Positions 27,775 through 38,155 of a stretch of 64,000 nucleotides of DNA are shown here, piece after piece. The translations under genes and the position numbers were made by a program. This DNA comes from Eubacteriales bacterium (GTDB lineage: Bacteria > Bacillota > Clostridia > Christensenellales > UBA1242): assembly GCA_018384735.1 (NCBI GenBank), contig JAHAXB010000034.1, positions 19,659-83,658 on the forward strand, written 5' to 3'. The notes below the pieces were generated by a model that worked only from the letters and a program-made list of their open reading frames with translations, was not told the DNA's origin and did no database searches. The number at the start of each line of letters is the position of its first letter. Positions within the stretch are counted from its first letter, which is position 1.

Positions 27775-29173
27775 AGCCCAAAAAGCCCTGTTCCGCGGGG
27801 TCAACCGTCTAAACGATTTAGTCAAAATTACCATTGGTCCCAACGGACGCAACGTGATTATCGACCGCGCCAACGGCAGTCCCCTCATCACTAACGATGG
27901 CGTAACCATCGCCAAACAATTCAAATTAACCAATCAGCAGGAAAACTTAGGTGCGGATGTCATCAAACAAGCCAGTCTAAAAACCAATACAGAAGCTGGC
28001 GACGGTACCACTTCGGCGATCGTTTTGGCGACCGCCATCATGAACCAAGCCAAACGAGCTTTGCGGAGAGGTTACCAACCCATGCAGTTAAAAGAAGCGT
28101 TATTAGCCGCCGCACGCAAGGCGCTGGAATTATTACCGCAATATGTCCGCCAAATTCATAAATATGAAGATTTGTTACACGTTGCCACCAACAGCTGTGC
28201 CAATGCGGAAGACGGTGCCATGGTTGCCAAGGCCTTGTCCAAAGTTGGAGTCGAGGGGTTGATTTCGTTAGAAATGAATCAGTTAGGCACCACCCAGTTA
28301 TCCTTTACCAACGGCGTAAAGTTGGCAGCCCAAATCGCCTCACCATACTTAAAAGTCAATACTATGCACAACGCCAAAGTTTTAGTCACGACCGGCAGTA
28401 TCAACACCATGCAGGAAATTTTACCAATTTTGGAAGACGCGGTACAAAACAAAACGCCACTGCTTTTGGTAGCGGAAGATTACGCCCCCGCGGTGATTAA
28501 CGCTTTGGTTTTAAACCGTGCCAAAGCTGGACTGCAAGTAGTGGCGGTAACATCCAGCGCATTGACCGACTGTGCAGTTGTGACAAATGCGACTTTAATT
28601 GCGCCCGAAAACGATTTAACCTTGGCACGCGCTACGGCTAAACATCTGGGTCACGCCAACCAAGTGGTATTTGAAAACGGACAAATCGTAATTTTAAGTG
28701 ACGAAAAAAGCCCGACGTTTGCACAGCACATCGACCTAATCAAGGACGAATTAAACGCAGCAACCGACGATTATCACCGCACACGCTTGAAAGAACGCTT
28801 AGCCAATTTAACCGCGACCGCGGGTCTAATCAGTGTGGGTTGTCCCACCGAAGCCGAAACCATGGAAAAACGTTTGCGCATTGAAGATGCGGTGGCAGCT
28901 ACCACTAATGCCATGCGCGATGGTGTGGTTACCGGTGGCGGGTTGACGTACTTAAAAATTGCGCAACATTTAAACCCACACGATATCGGCGAACGAATTT
29001 TACGCCACGCCCTACCCGCGATTTACCGTCAGATTAACCGCAATTATCACTTCGACGCCCAGACCTGCACCGCGATTGACGCTGCTACTGTAATCAAAAG
29101 CGTAATTCAAAATGCCACTTCGGCAGCCGCTATTTTGATTACCACCGGCGCCATTATTTCGAACGCGATTTAA
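27767..29173 (+). CDS. groEL: Chaperonin GroEL homolog, truncated and divergent (468 aa, no GGM tail)
   Basis: [48 protein letters not shown] and [21 protein letters not shown] align with canonical GroEL blocks. The N-terminus, part of the apical region and the C-terminus are shortened. Confidence 0.75.
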   Translation: MNKAQKALFRGVNRLNDLVKITIGPNGRNVIIDRANGSPLITNDGVTIAKQFKLTNQQENLGADVIKQASLKTNTEAGDGTTSAIVLATAIMNQAKRALRRGYQPMQLKEALLAAARKALELLPQYVRQIHKYEDLLHVATNSCANAEDGAMVAKALSKVGVEGLISLEMNQLGTTQLSFTNGVKLAAQIASPYLKVNTMHNAKVLVTTGSINTMQEILPILEDAVQNKTPLLLVAEDYAPAVINALVLNRAKAGLQVVAVTSSALTDCAVVTNATLIAPENDLTLARATAKHLGHANQVVFENGQIVILSDEKSPTFAQHIDLIKDELNAATDDYHRTRLKERLANLTATAGLISVGCPTEAETMEKRLRIEDAVAATTNAMRDGVVTGGGLTYLKIAQHLNPHDIGERILRHALPAIYRQINRNYHFDAQTCTAIDAATVIKSVIQNATSAAAILITTGAIISNAI

Positions 29174-29507
29174 ACAACATTCCAATCATTAAACCCGAAA
29201 CAATGGCGACCGCAATGCCCGCCGACATGGCGGTCAAACCACCCGTAAAAATACCAATGAAACCATACTTGTCAATGTTTTCAAAAGTACCTTTCACTAA
29301 GCCGGCGCCAAAACCAGTAATTGGTGTGGTCACTCCGGCTCCGGCAAATTTTTTCAACGGTTCAAACACCGTGCAAACTTGCAAGATGGCACCCAGCACA
29401 ACGAAGGAAACCAAAATGCGTGCGGGGGTCCAATTAGTTTTTAAAATTAACAACTGTCCCAGCGCACAAATTAAACCGCCAATTAAAAACGCCCACAAAA
29501 ATATCAT
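29154..29507 (-). CDS. spoVAE: Stage V sporulation protein AE (SpoVAEB-type)
   Basis: 117-aa polytopic membrane protein (MIFLWAFLIGGLICALGQLL), last gene of the spoVAC-AD-AE order. Confidence 0.75.
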   Translation of the reverse strand: MIFLWAFLIGGLICALGQLLILKTNWTPARILVSFVVLGAILQVCTVFEPLKKFAGAGVTTPITGFGAGLVKGTFENIDKYGFIGIFTGGLTAMSAGIAVAIVSGLMIGMLFKSRSK

Positions 29508-30493
29508 TCCGCGACCTCCTCAATTACGACTGCGTTGGCAATGCCGGGGGTACTTTCCCCCTGAAAGGTGGTGGTTGGCGACAACAAAGCTCCGGTTGCC
29601 ATAAACAAGACTTTATGAAATTCGCCTTTTTGGAACTTATCCAAAATAAAGCCATTCAAGGTTACCGCGCTACAACCACAACCCGAACCGCCCATGTCAA
29701 CTTTTTGTTTGGCGGAATAAATCAACTTACCACAATCATAGTAGTTTTCGCCTAAATCATACCCTTGGTCTTTTAACAGGTCGCGCAAGGCCTCTTCGCC
29801 AATTTGTCCCAAGTCGCCCGAAAAGATGGCATCGTAGTCTGACGGTTTGGTCTTGGTATTTTGGAAATGGCGCACCAAAGTATCGGCGGCGGCTGGCGCC
29901 ATGGCTGCACCCATGTTGTTGACGTCTTTGACACCGTAGTCCACTACCCGTCCAATCGTGCCACAAGTCACGGCAATCCGTGACTTTTTCTTGTTCGACA
30001 AAAAGGTCGCTCCCGCTCCTGTTACTGTCCATTGCGCCGTGGGTGGGCGTTGGTTACCAAATTCCAACGGCGTACGATACTGGCGTTCCGCAGTGGCAAA
30101 GTGCGAACCCGCGGCCGCTACCGCGTGGTTAATGACACCGGCATCAACAAAGGTTGCCGCGACCAACAAGGATAATGCCATCGTGGAACACGCACCATAC
30201 ACGCCCACATAAGGCAACCCGATTTCCCGCATCGCAAAGGAAGACGAAACAATTTGGTTTAACAAGTCCCCCGCAAAAACAATGTCGGGCTGAATTTTGG
30301 CTTTTTGCATAGCGCCTTGAATGGCGGTAATGAAGAATTTACGCTCGGCACCTTCGTGGGTTTTTTCGCCGAAATATTCGTCCTTTTCGACTTGGGAAAA
30401 GGTGGCACCCAACGGTCCCTCGCTTTCCTTTTTTCCCGCAACCGAATACCAACCAATAATGCGCGGTTGGTTTTTGAAAATAATTGTACTCAT
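29504..30493 (-). CDS. spoVAD: Stage V sporulation protein AD
   Basis: Thiolase-like fold protein, 329 aa from ATG 30493 (MSTIIFKNQPRIIGWYSVAGKKESEGPL). ATGA overlap with the spoVAC stop. The track start at 30592 is an upstream extension. Confidence 0.8.
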   Translation of the reverse strand: MSTIIFKNQPRIIGWYSVAGKKESEGPLGATFSQVEKDEYFGEKTHEGAERKFFITAIQGAMQKAKIQPDIVFAGDLLNQIVSSSFAMREIGLPYVGVYGACSTMALSLLVAATFVDAGVINHAVAAAGSHFATAERQYRTPLEFGNQRPPTAQWTVTGAGATFLSNKKKSRIAVTCGTIGRVVDYGVKDVNNMGAAMAPAAADTLVRHFQNTKTKPSDYDAIFSGDLGQIGEEALRDLLKDQGYDLGENYYDCGKLIYSAKQKVDMGGSGCGCSAVTLNGFILDKFQKGEFHKVLFMATGALLSPTTTFQGESTPGIANAVVIEEVAE

Positions 30494-30936
30494 AAAAACA
30501 ACCCCACAATAAAGTATCCTAAGCCACACAGCATCGCGATGGCAGTACCAACTACAATTACCGGCCCCGCGATTTTGAACATATTGGCACAAGTACCAAA
30601 GATAATTCCCTCTTTACGAAACTCCATCGCCGCACTGGTAATACTGTTGGAAAAGCCAGTAATCGGCACAATGGAACCACCGCCGGCGAAGTAGCCAATC
30701 TTATCGTAAACACCTAAGCCGGTTAGGACCGATGCCAAAAAGATTAAGGTCGAAGATACCAAGGCGCCAATCTGGGTTTGGTCATAGTTCGGTAGCCACA
30801 TTTTATACAACGCGTTCAACCCCTCACCCAATAAACAAATTAAACCACCCACAATAAAGGCGCGCAGTAACGAACACCAGACTTTACTTTTGGGCGTAAT
30901 CTTTTTGATATACGCCGCATATTCCGCTTTGTCCAT
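30490..30936 (-). CDS. spoVAC: Stage V sporulation protein AC
   Basis: 148 aa from ATG 30936 (MDKAEYAAYIKKITPKS...), a membrane protein. The track start at 31065 overlaps the PBP gene and is unlikely. Confidence 0.75.
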   Translation of the reverse strand: MDKAEYAAYIKKITPKSKVWCSLLRAFIVGGLICLLGEGLNALYKMWLPNYDQTQIGALVSSTLIFLASVLTGLGVYDKIGYFAGGGSIVPITGFSNSITSAAMEFRKEGIIFGTCANMFKIAGPVIVVGTAIAMLCGLGYFIVGLFL

Positions 30937-30955
30937 GTCCCAATTATTGCCTAAT

Positions 30956-32845
30956 TTAAGTAAACAATACGACCGGTTCGCCTTTTTTAACCATAGTTTC
31001 CTGCACGGGGAAAGAGCCAGTAACTTGTTCGCCTTCGCCGTCAACCTCAACAAACAGCCCCGCACTTTCCAGCGTTTTTACCGCGTCCATCACATTCAAA
31101 TCTTTAACTTTGGGAACCGCCACCAAAGCACTACCCGTGCCGTTTTCAAATTCAGTATCAAACGGAAACTTTTTGTAAGCGGTAATTTGTCGAAAGATTT
31201 CCCCGACACAGGGCGCAGCCACCAAACTGCCGTAATAAACGCCAGTGCTGGGTTCGTCGACGTACAAATAGCACGCATAGCGCGGTGTTCCTTGTACCGA
31301 CAAAAAGCCCCAGAATGAAGAAACATATTTGCCCGCTGCAATGTGACCGTCCACATATTTTTGCGCCGTACCAGTTTTACCACCAACTTGGTATCCTGGC
31401 ACCGCGGCCTTTTTACCACTGCCTTGACTGACGACTCCGCACAGTAACTGGCGCAAGGTAGTACTGGTTTGTGCGGAAACAATGCGACCTTTGACATTGG
31501 AATCTAACGGATAATCCCCCACCTGTTTCACAAAATGTGGCGTGCGTAAAATGCCATCACCAACCAAGGCGCTGACCGTGGCAATGAATTGAATGGGTGA
31601 AACCGCAATCGCTTGCCCAAATCCGATACGCGCCAAGTCTACATCGCGTACACGGTCTTTGTTCAAAAGTAAGCCCGACGGTTCGCCATAAAAATCTACC
31701 CCGGACTTTTGTCCAATGCCGAACTTTTCTAAATATTGATAATAGCGTTCCACCCCCAGCCGTAAAGCTAAATCCATGAACACGCAGTTACAGGAATTGT
31801 TCACCCCTTCCGCCAAAGTTTGTGTGCCGTGACCTTTGGTTTTCCAACACTTAATGCGTTCGCCCGCGATGGTTCGACTGCCGGAACAAGTAAATTTGTT
31901 GTCCAAACTAACTACGCCCGCTTCCAAGGCCGCCGCCAAAGTGATGGTCTTGAAAGTTGAACCTGGTTCCAAAACGTTAATCATCGGCGAGTTTTTAATC
32001 TGCGCTAGTAACTTTGCGACATCATCGCGCGGTTGTTCGTTCAAGTCATAATATGGCGCACTGCCCGAAGCCACGACCCCACCGGTTTGAATATCATAAA
32101 CGATGGCAGCCACGGATTTGGCTTGGTGTTCGTGATACGCTTGGTTAATGACATTTTGCACAATATTTTGAATACCGGCGTCCAAGTTTAATTGCAAGTC
32201 TTGTCCCGCTACGGATGGCACATAGTATTCCAAGCCGTCTTTAACTTTAATTCCGCGTAAATCACTTTGCGTGGCAATGCGTCCATCCAAACCGCGTAAC
32301 GCTTCATCGTAATAGGCCTCCAACCCCTCCTGTCCGTGGTTATCGACACTGACAATGCCCAGCACCTGTGCTCCCACACTGCCCAAAGGATAATTGCGCT
32401 GGTAAGTTTGGCTGAGATAAACACCGTCCAAGTTAGCCGCCACCAAGCGCATCGCGGTCGCTTTGTCCACCTGCATTTTAATCAGCCATTCACTGACCGT
32501 CTTACTGCTGACTTTTTGTAGCACCCGTTCGTACGACATGCCCAAAATTTCGGACAAGGTTCGTGCGGTGGCTTCCTGATTTTTTACGGCGACCGGACGC
32601 AAATAAACGCTATAAGTCAAACCCGAAGTTGCTAAGACCAAACCATTGGTGTCATAAATCGTGCCACGCTCCGCCATCAAAGGTAGGTCACGGTACCATT
32701 GGTCGGCTGCCCGCACTTTTAACGCTTGCCCAGTCAGCATTTGCAACCAAATTAAACGCCCACTTAACACCACAACAATGGTCAACGCCACAGCAAAAAA
32801 AGCGGTCAAACGCCGCTTTTCACTGGTCACTGTGTAAAGTCGCAT
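30956..32845 (-). CDS. Class B penicillin-binding transpeptidase (FtsI/SpoVD family) with C-terminal PASTA domain
   Basis: N-terminal TM anchor, GSTFK (SxxK), GKTGTA (KTG), and a PASTA-like C-terminus (VPKVKDLNVMDAVKTLESAGLFVEVDG). Follows rsmH and the ftsL-like gene. Confidence 0.8.
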   Translation of the reverse strand: MRLYTVTSEKRRLTAFFAVALTIVVVLSGRLIWLQMLTGQALKVRAADQWYRDLPLMAERGTIYDTNGLVLATSGLTYSVYLRPVAVKNQEATARTLSEILGMSYERVLQKVSSKTVSEWLIKMQVDKATAMRLVAANLDGVYLSQTYQRNYPLGSVGAQVLGIVSVDNHGQEGLEAYYDEALRGLDGRIATQSDLRGIKVKDGLEYYVPSVAGQDLQLNLDAGIQNIVQNVINQAYHEHQAKSVAAIVYDIQTGGVVASGSAPYYDLNEQPRDDVAKLLAQIKNSPMINVLEPGSTFKTITLAAALEAGVVSLDNKFTCSGSRTIAGERIKCWKTKGHGTQTLAEGVNNSCNCVFMDLALRLGVERYYQYLEKFGIGQKSGVDFYGEPSGLLLNKDRVRDVDLARIGFGQAIAVSPIQFIATVSALVGDGILRTPHFVKQVGDYPLDSNVKGRIVSAQTSTTLRQLLCGVVSQGSGKKAAVPGYQVGGKTGTAQKYVDGHIAAGKYVSSFWGFLSVQGTPRYACYLYVDEPSTGVYYGSLVAAPCVGEIFRQITAYKKFPFDTEFENGTGSALVAVPKVKDLNVMDAVKTLESAGLFVEVDGEGEQVTGSFPVQETMVKKGEPVVLFT

Positions 32846-32865
32846 ACCTATCTCTATGACAACGC

Positions 32866-33633
32866 TCAATTAAATAGACGACTTAATGAATGGCACAGCC
32901 AATCAAAGAACGAGCTGTCGACACCAACACTGGCAGATTCCGCCGCACCGCTTTCGGTTTTGACGACATACTGAACATTTTGTGCCGCACCGCCGTTCGC
33001 ACTTGCCGTTTTGCGTGCTTCTTCCAGACTGGCTTGACTTTCAGTTAAAGATTTTTCCAAGGCGGTCGATTCTTGCACCAAAGCGTTAACTTCGGCCGAC
33101 ATGGTCACCAAACTGACGATGTTCACAATGAACAACACCGCCATCAAAAGGAAAATTGAAGCCGCCACCGAAATGGCTGCAATCGTTGATTTCTGAAACT
33201 TAACCACATACTGGGTGCCTTCTTCTAACTCGCGATCCAAAGGACTTTCCACCACAGTGACCGTTTGCGGAGCTGCAACCGCGGTCGCAGCCGGTGCTTG
33301 AACCTCAACCGTCGCGGGAGCAACCGGCGAAGTCAGGTATTCGGTACTGTCAATGTACGGACGCACAACTTGGGGTTGGGCTTCGGCCGCCACTTCTTCG
33401 TAGGTTTCGTACGGACGCAAAGCCGTGGTATCAACAACCTTAGGACGGGTGGGCATAGTTGCTGGTTCATGATAATGAGCAAAAGACGGACGCAACGGTT
33501 CGTGCTTTTCAATCACTTGTTCGGGGGCTGGCGCAGTCATGGTTGGAACTGCTTGTGGTTCACGGGCAAACAAAATCGCTGCTGCCTCTTCTTTGGCAGA
33601 AACGATTCCCGGACTCTCAACTGCTGTTGCCAT
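32866..33633 (-). CDS. FtsL-like division protein with a long P/A/V-rich N-terminal extension
   Basis: Single TM helix (IAAISVAASIFLLMAVLFIVNIV) followed by a coiled coil, in the position between rsmH and the PBP. ATG 33633 is preceded by GGAGG. Confidence 0.5.
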   Translation of the reverse strand: MATAVESPGIVSAKEEAAAILFAREPQAVPTMTAPAPEQVIEKHEPLRPSFAHYHEPATMPTRPKVVDTTALRPYETYEEVAAEAQPQVVRPYIDSTEYLTSPVAPATVEVQAPAATAVAAPQTVTVVESPLDRELEEGTQYVVKFQKSTIAAISVAASIFLLMAVLFIVNIVSLVTMSAEVNALVQESTALEKSLTESQASLEEARKTASANGGAAQNVQYVVKTESGAAESASVGVDSSFFDWLCHSLSRLFN

Positions 33634-33640
33634 TTTCCTC

Positions 33641-34597
33641 CTATAATTTGGAAACCACACGCAACTTAGCGGAGGCGCTGCGTGGGTTAGACTCTGTCTC
33701 TTCTATTGTCGGACAAATCGGTTTCTTTGTCAACAATTTTACACTGGCACGGTGCCCACAAATACACTGCGGAATTTTGGGTGGACACAGACAATCCGTG
33801 GCTTCGCGTTTGAAGGTTTGCTTCACAATCCGGTCTTCCAAACTGTGAAAACTGATGACCGCCAAACGACCGTTGGGCTTCAACATTTGAATTGCACCGT
33901 TCAAAAACTTTTCGATACTTTCCAGTTCTTGGTTGACCTCAATGCGGATGGCTTGGAAAGTACGTTTAGCAGGATGACCTCCAGTTTTACCATAACCCGC
34001 AGGTACGGCCTTTTTAATCACATCGACCAAATGTCCGGTACTGCGAATTGGACGCGCCGCCACAATCGCCGACGCAATTTTACGCGCGTAACGCTCTTCC
34101 CCATACTGCCAAATGATGTCTGCCAACTTGCCTTCGGGATAACCATTGACTACGGTGTCCGCAGTTTTGGTCGCATCGGTATCCATGCGCATATCCAATG
34201 GCGCATCTTGGGTGTACGAAAAGCCACGTTCCGGCGTATCAATCTGGTACGAAGAAACTCCGAAGTCGGCTAAGATGGCATCCACATGTTCAATGCCCAA
34301 ACTGGGTAAGACGTCCGCAATGTCACGGAAATTACATTTAACCAAACGTACCTCGACCGGTGCGTCCGCTAAAACTTTGGCACTAAACTGCAAAGCGGTA
34401 GTATCCCGATCTAAACCGACCAAGGTACCACCGCTAATGCGTTTTGCAATTTCACGACTGTGACCCGCACCACCCAAAGTGGCATCGACCACAACCATAT
34501 TTTTTTTGAGATTTAAAGCCGTCAAACATTCGTTAAGCAAGACGGGAATGTGCTGGAAATTAAGCGTGCCTGGATCAATCATATCCCCATTTATCAT
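33641..34597 (-). CDS. rsmH: 16S rRNA (cytosine1402-N4)-methyltransferase RsmH
   Basis: HIPVLLNE, DATLGGAGHS, DFGVSSYQID and SFHSLEDRIVK. Confidence 0.9.
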   Translation of the reverse strand: MINGDMIDPGTLNFQHIPVLLNECLTALNLKKNMVVVDATLGGAGHSREIAKRISGGTLVGLDRDTTALQFSAKVLADAPVEVRLVKCNFRDIADVLPSLGIEHVDAILADFGVSSYQIDTPERGFSYTQDAPLDMRMDTDATKTADTVVNGYPEGKLADIIWQYGEERYARKIASAIVAARPIRSTGHLVDVIKKAVPAGYGKTGGHPAKRTFQAIRIEVNQELESIEKFLNGAIQMLKPNGRLAVISFHSLEDRIVKQTFKREATDCLCPPKIPQCICGHRASVKLLTKKPICPTIEETESNPRSASAKLRVVSKL

Positions 34598-34620
34598 TGA
34601 CCCAAGCCCCCCTTAATGCC

Positions 34621-35760
34621 TTAATTGTATACCTTGCTACGATATGACGCAACTTTTTTGTAACTATCCGCACGAATATCGGTATCCAAAGCTGCCAACA
34701 ACTGTGCGGTGCGTTTGTCCACGGTTTTGGGCATTTCGACGAAAATCTTGACGATCAAATCACCTGTACCCAAAGCGCGTAAGCGTTTGACACCCTTACC
34801 ACGGATGCGACGTAATGTGCCGCTTTGCGTGTTCGGGGGGATTTCCAAATCCATGTAGCCACCAACCACCGGAATTTTAACCTTAGTTCCCAAAATGGCT
34901 TGGGTGAAGGTAATCGGCAACTCCATGTACAAATCGAAGTCTTCACGCATTAAAATTGGGTGTTTCGCGACATGGATACGAATTTGCAAATCACCGGAGA
35001 TACCGGCGGCACCTTCTGCCATGTTACCTTCCCCGCTGATGGTTAATGTTTGACCATCGTCAATGCCAGCCGGAATATTGATGGTCGACGAAACTTGTTT
35101 TTTGAAACTGCCTTTGCCACCACAGGTACGGCATTTATCCGTAATGATTTTACCAGTACCGTGACAAACCGGACAAGTCGCCGTATTTTCAATCACGATT
35201 CCGCCCAAGCGTTGCGCTTGTTTAACCTGACCAGCGCCGTGACAGTAACTGCAAGTTTGTAAACTACTGTCGTCTTTGGCACCCGTACCGTGACAGTCTG
35301 GGCAGCGTTCGCTACGGTTGAAAACGATGTTTTTGGTGGTACCGTTGCAACTCTCTTCAAAAGTGATGTCGCAATCAATGACAATGTCACTGCCACGGCT
35401 GGCACGCGAACGGGAACGACGTCCAAAGATACCGTCCAGTCCACCTTGGTCAAAAATATTTTCAAAGATGTCGCCGAAGCCACCAAAGCCACTGAAATCA
35501 AAGCCACCAAAACCGGCACCACCAGCCCCACCACCAAAGCTGGGACCATCTGCCGAACCGAAGCGGTCGAAGTTCGCTTTCTTTTGCGGGTCACTTAAAA
35601 TTTCGTAAGCCGCATTAATTTCCTTAAACTTTTCTTCCGCTTCCTTGTTGTTCGGGTTTGCGTCAGGGTGATATTTTTTCGCCAAACGACGATATGCCGA
35701 CTTAATTTCGTCGGCACTCGCGTTCTTGCTGACACCTAATGATTCGTATGGATTAGTCAT
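34621..35760 (-). CDS. dnaJ: Molecular chaperone DnaJ
   Basis: J domain with KKYHPD, a G/F-rich region, and four CxxCxGxG motifs (CPDCHGTG, CSYCHGAG, CPVCHGTG, CRTCGGKG). Confidence 0.92.
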   Translation of the reverse strand: MTNPYESLGVSKNASADEIKSAYRRLAKKYHPDANPNNKEAEEKFKEINAAYEILSDPQKKANFDRFGSADGPSFGGGAGGAGFGGFDFSGFGGFGDIFENIFDQGGLDGIFGRRSRSRASRGSDIVIDCDITFEESCNGTTKNIVFNRSERCPDCHGTGAKDDSSLQTCSYCHGAGQVKQAQRLGGIVIENTATCPVCHGTGKIITDKCRTCGGKGSFKKQVSSTINIPAGIDDGQTLTISGEGNMAEGAAGISGDLQIRIHVAKHPILMREDFDLYMELPITFTQAILGTKVKIPVVGGYMDLEIPPNTQSGTLRRIRGKGVKRLRALGTGDLIVKIFVEMPKTVDKRTAQLLAALDTDIRADSYKKVASYRSKVYN

Positions 35761-37571
35761 TATTTGTTATCTTGCGCTGCGCCAGAATCTGCGTTTGCTG
35801 CTCCTTCTGTGTTTGCACCTTGATTTTGTTGGTACAATTTCATTACAACTGCCTGAGTTGCTTGGGTAAACTCACCCATTTTCTTTTTAATGCTGTCGGC
35901 ATCGTTATCGTCGGCGATGTCTTTCTTGAATTTTTCGGTTGCGTCGGTCAAAACCTTCTTGTCGTCTTCGGACAATTTTTCGCCGTTTTCACGCACCAAT
36001 TTTTCAATACCCAAAATCGCACCGTCCGCCATGTTCTTCGCATCCACAACTTCCTTACGTTTTTGGTCTTCCGCAGCGTTGGCTTCGGCTTCTTTAATCG
36101 CCTTGTCAATATCTTCCTTGCTCATGTTCGTGCTGCTGGTAATCGTAATTGATTGTGATTTGTTCGTACCTAAATCTTTCGCAGAAACCGAAACAATACC
36201 GTTCGCATCAATATCAAAGGTAACTTCAATTTGTGGTACGCCACGTGGTGCCGGTGGAATATCGGTCAACATAAAGCGTCCCAAAGTTTTGTTATCCGCG
36301 GCAAATTCACGTTCACCTTGCAAGACATGAATGTCAACGCCCGGTTGGTTATCCGCAGCGGTCGAGAAGATTTGGCTCTTTTTGGTTGGAATCGTTGTAT
36401 TACGTTCAATCAATTTGGTGCAGACACCACCCAAGGTTTCAATACCCAAGGACAATGGTGTAACATCCAACAACAAGACGTCTTTGACATTACCGGTCAA
36501 GACACCACCCTGAATTGCGGCACCAATCGCCACGCATTCATCGGGGTTAACGCCCTTAAACGGTTCTTTACCAGTCTTTTGTTTCAAAGCAGCAACCACG
36601 GCTGGGATACGGGTTGAACCACCAACCAAGATGACTTTCGCGATATCGTTAAAGGTCAACTTCGCATCTTTCATACAAGCATCAACACATTTCATTGAAC
36701 GGTCAATCAAATCTTTGGTCATGTCATCAAATTTGGCACGGCTCAAATCAAATTCCAAATGTTTCGGGCCATTCGCATCCGCGGTAATGTACGCTTCGCT
36801 GATGGTCGTTTTGGTCATACCACTCAAATCGATTTTGGCTTTTTCCGCGGCTTGTTTCAAACGTTGCATTGCCATTTTGTCTTTACTCAAATCAATGCCG
36901 TTCTTGGCTTTGAAATCTTCTACCAACAAGTCGATAATGCGTTGATCGAAGTCATCACCACCCAAGTGGGTATCACCGTTGGTTGCTAAAACTTCAAAGA
37001 CACCGTCGGCCAAATCCAAGATGGAGACATCAAAGGTACCACCACCCAAATCGTAAACCAAGATTTTTTCACTCTTGGAGCCGTCTTTATCCAAACCATA
37101 AGCCAAGGCCGCAGCGGTTGGTTCGTTAATAATACGCATAACTTCCAAACCAGCAATTTTACCCGCATCCTTGGTAGCTTGACGTTGGCTGTCGTTAAAG
37201 TATGCTGGAACCGTAATAACGGCTTTGGTAACCTTCGCGCCTAAGTACGCTTCGGCATCAGTTTTCAATTTGGTTAAAATCATTGCGGAAATTTCTTGTG
37301 GTGTGTATTTTTTACCACCCATGGTAACTTTTTCCGCGGTACCCATTTTACGTTTAATGGAGATAATCGTATCTTCCGCGTTAGAAACGGCTTGACGTTT
37401 TGCCACTTGACCGACAATACGTTCGCCGGCTTTGGTCACACCGACCACTGATGGAGTGGTACGTCCGCCTTCGCTGTTGGCAATGACCACTGGTTCACTG
37501 CCCTCAATGACCGAGACACAACTGTTGGTTGTTCCCAAGTCAATACCGATAATTTTGTTTGTTGTTTGCAT
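35760..37571 (-). CDS. dnaK: Molecular chaperone DnaK (Hsp70)
   Basis: [30 protein letters not shown]; SD AAGGAG upstream. Confidence 0.95.
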   Translation of the reverse strand: MQTTNKIIGIDLGTTNSCVSVIEGSEPVVIANSEGGRTTPSVVGVTKAGERIVGQVAKRQAVSNAEDTIISIKRKMGTAEKVTMGGKKYTPQEISAMILTKLKTDAEAYLGAKVTKAVITVPAYFNDSQRQATKDAGKIAGLEVMRIINEPTAAALAYGLDKDGSKSEKILVYDLGGGTFDVSILDLADGVFEVLATNGDTHLGGDDFDQRIIDLLVEDFKAKNGIDLSKDKMAMQRLKQAAEKAKIDLSGMTKTTISEAYITADANGPKHLEFDLSRAKFDDMTKDLIDRSMKCVDACMKDAKLTFNDIAKVILVGGSTRIPAVVAALKQKTGKEPFKGVNPDECVAIGAAIQGGVLTGNVKDVLLLDVTPLSLGIETLGGVCTKLIERNTTIPTKKSQIFSTAADNQPGVDIHVLQGEREFAADNKTLGRFMLTDIPPAPRGVPQIEVTFDIDANGIVSVSAKDLGTNKSQSITITSSTNMSKEDIDKAIKEAEANAAEDQKRKEVVDAKNMADGAILGIEKLVRENGEKLSEDDKKVLTDATEKFKKDIADDNDADSIKKKMGEFTQATQAVVMKLYQQNQGANTEGAANADSGAAQDNK

Positions 37572-37633
37572 TTTTTTACTCCTTTTTATGTTTATGTTTT
37601 GTTAGTAATTGATAATCAAATTTTGCTTAGCGG

Positions 37634-38155
37634 CTATGCTCCGGATACTTTGACCATAGCGGGTCGCAAAACATGACCGTGGAAAGTGAAACCTTTTTGC
37701 CATTCTTCCAAGATTTGGTCGGCTGGCACACCGTCCACCTTTTCCACCGCGACTGCGTTATGCAATTTGGGGTCAAAAGGTTGGTCTTTGGTTTGAATCG
37801 GCTCGATACCTAATTTTTCAAACAGGTCGTCCAGTTTCTTGCGAATGATTTCAAACCCTGCCAAGTCGGCGGGATCGGCAATCTTCTTACCGGCCTCCAC
37901 CACGCCGTCGTAAATTGGTAACAACAAATTGACGACATAAGTTTGACCATCTTGGAACGAAGCAGCAACCGCATTTTGATTACGACGTTTGTAGTTTTCA
38001 AATTCGGCCTTCTGGTATTTAGCTAAGTCCAAGTTGGCTTTGGCCTTGGCTTCCAAATCAGCAATCAATTTTTCGGTTGTGGATAATTGATCTTCTGCTT
38101 TGGTCGTTTGCTCTGCGGCAGTTGTTTGCGCCTTAGCATTATTTTTTTCCTTCAT
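37634..38155 (-). CDS. grpE: Nucleotide exchange factor GrpE
   Basis: Coiled-coil N-terminus, YKRRNQ, C-terminal GHVLRPAMVKV, and its position in the hrcA-grpE-dnaK-dnaJ operon. Confidence 0.85.
   Translation of the reverse strand: MKEKNNAKAQTTAAEQTTKAEDQLSTTEKLIADLEAKAKANLDLAKYQKAEFENYKRRNQNAVAASFQDGQTYVVNLLLPIYDGVVEAGKKIADPADLAGFEIIRKKLDDLFEKLGIEPIQTKDQPFDPKLHNAVAVEKVDGVPADQILEEWQKGFTFHGHVLRPAMVKVSGA

Noticed and set aside
30494-31065. Upstream extensions of ORF-track starts, which use the first ATG/GTG/TTG after a stop. Examples are spoVAD to 30592, spoVAC to 31065, DUF378 to 51665, the phage 316-aa ORF to 17799, argS to 41145 and gyrB to 4253.
   Set aside because: The extensions overlap the preceding gene or its promoter, and they add non-homologous N-termini. 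Downstream ATGs with an SD or leaderless promoter give lengths matching the families.
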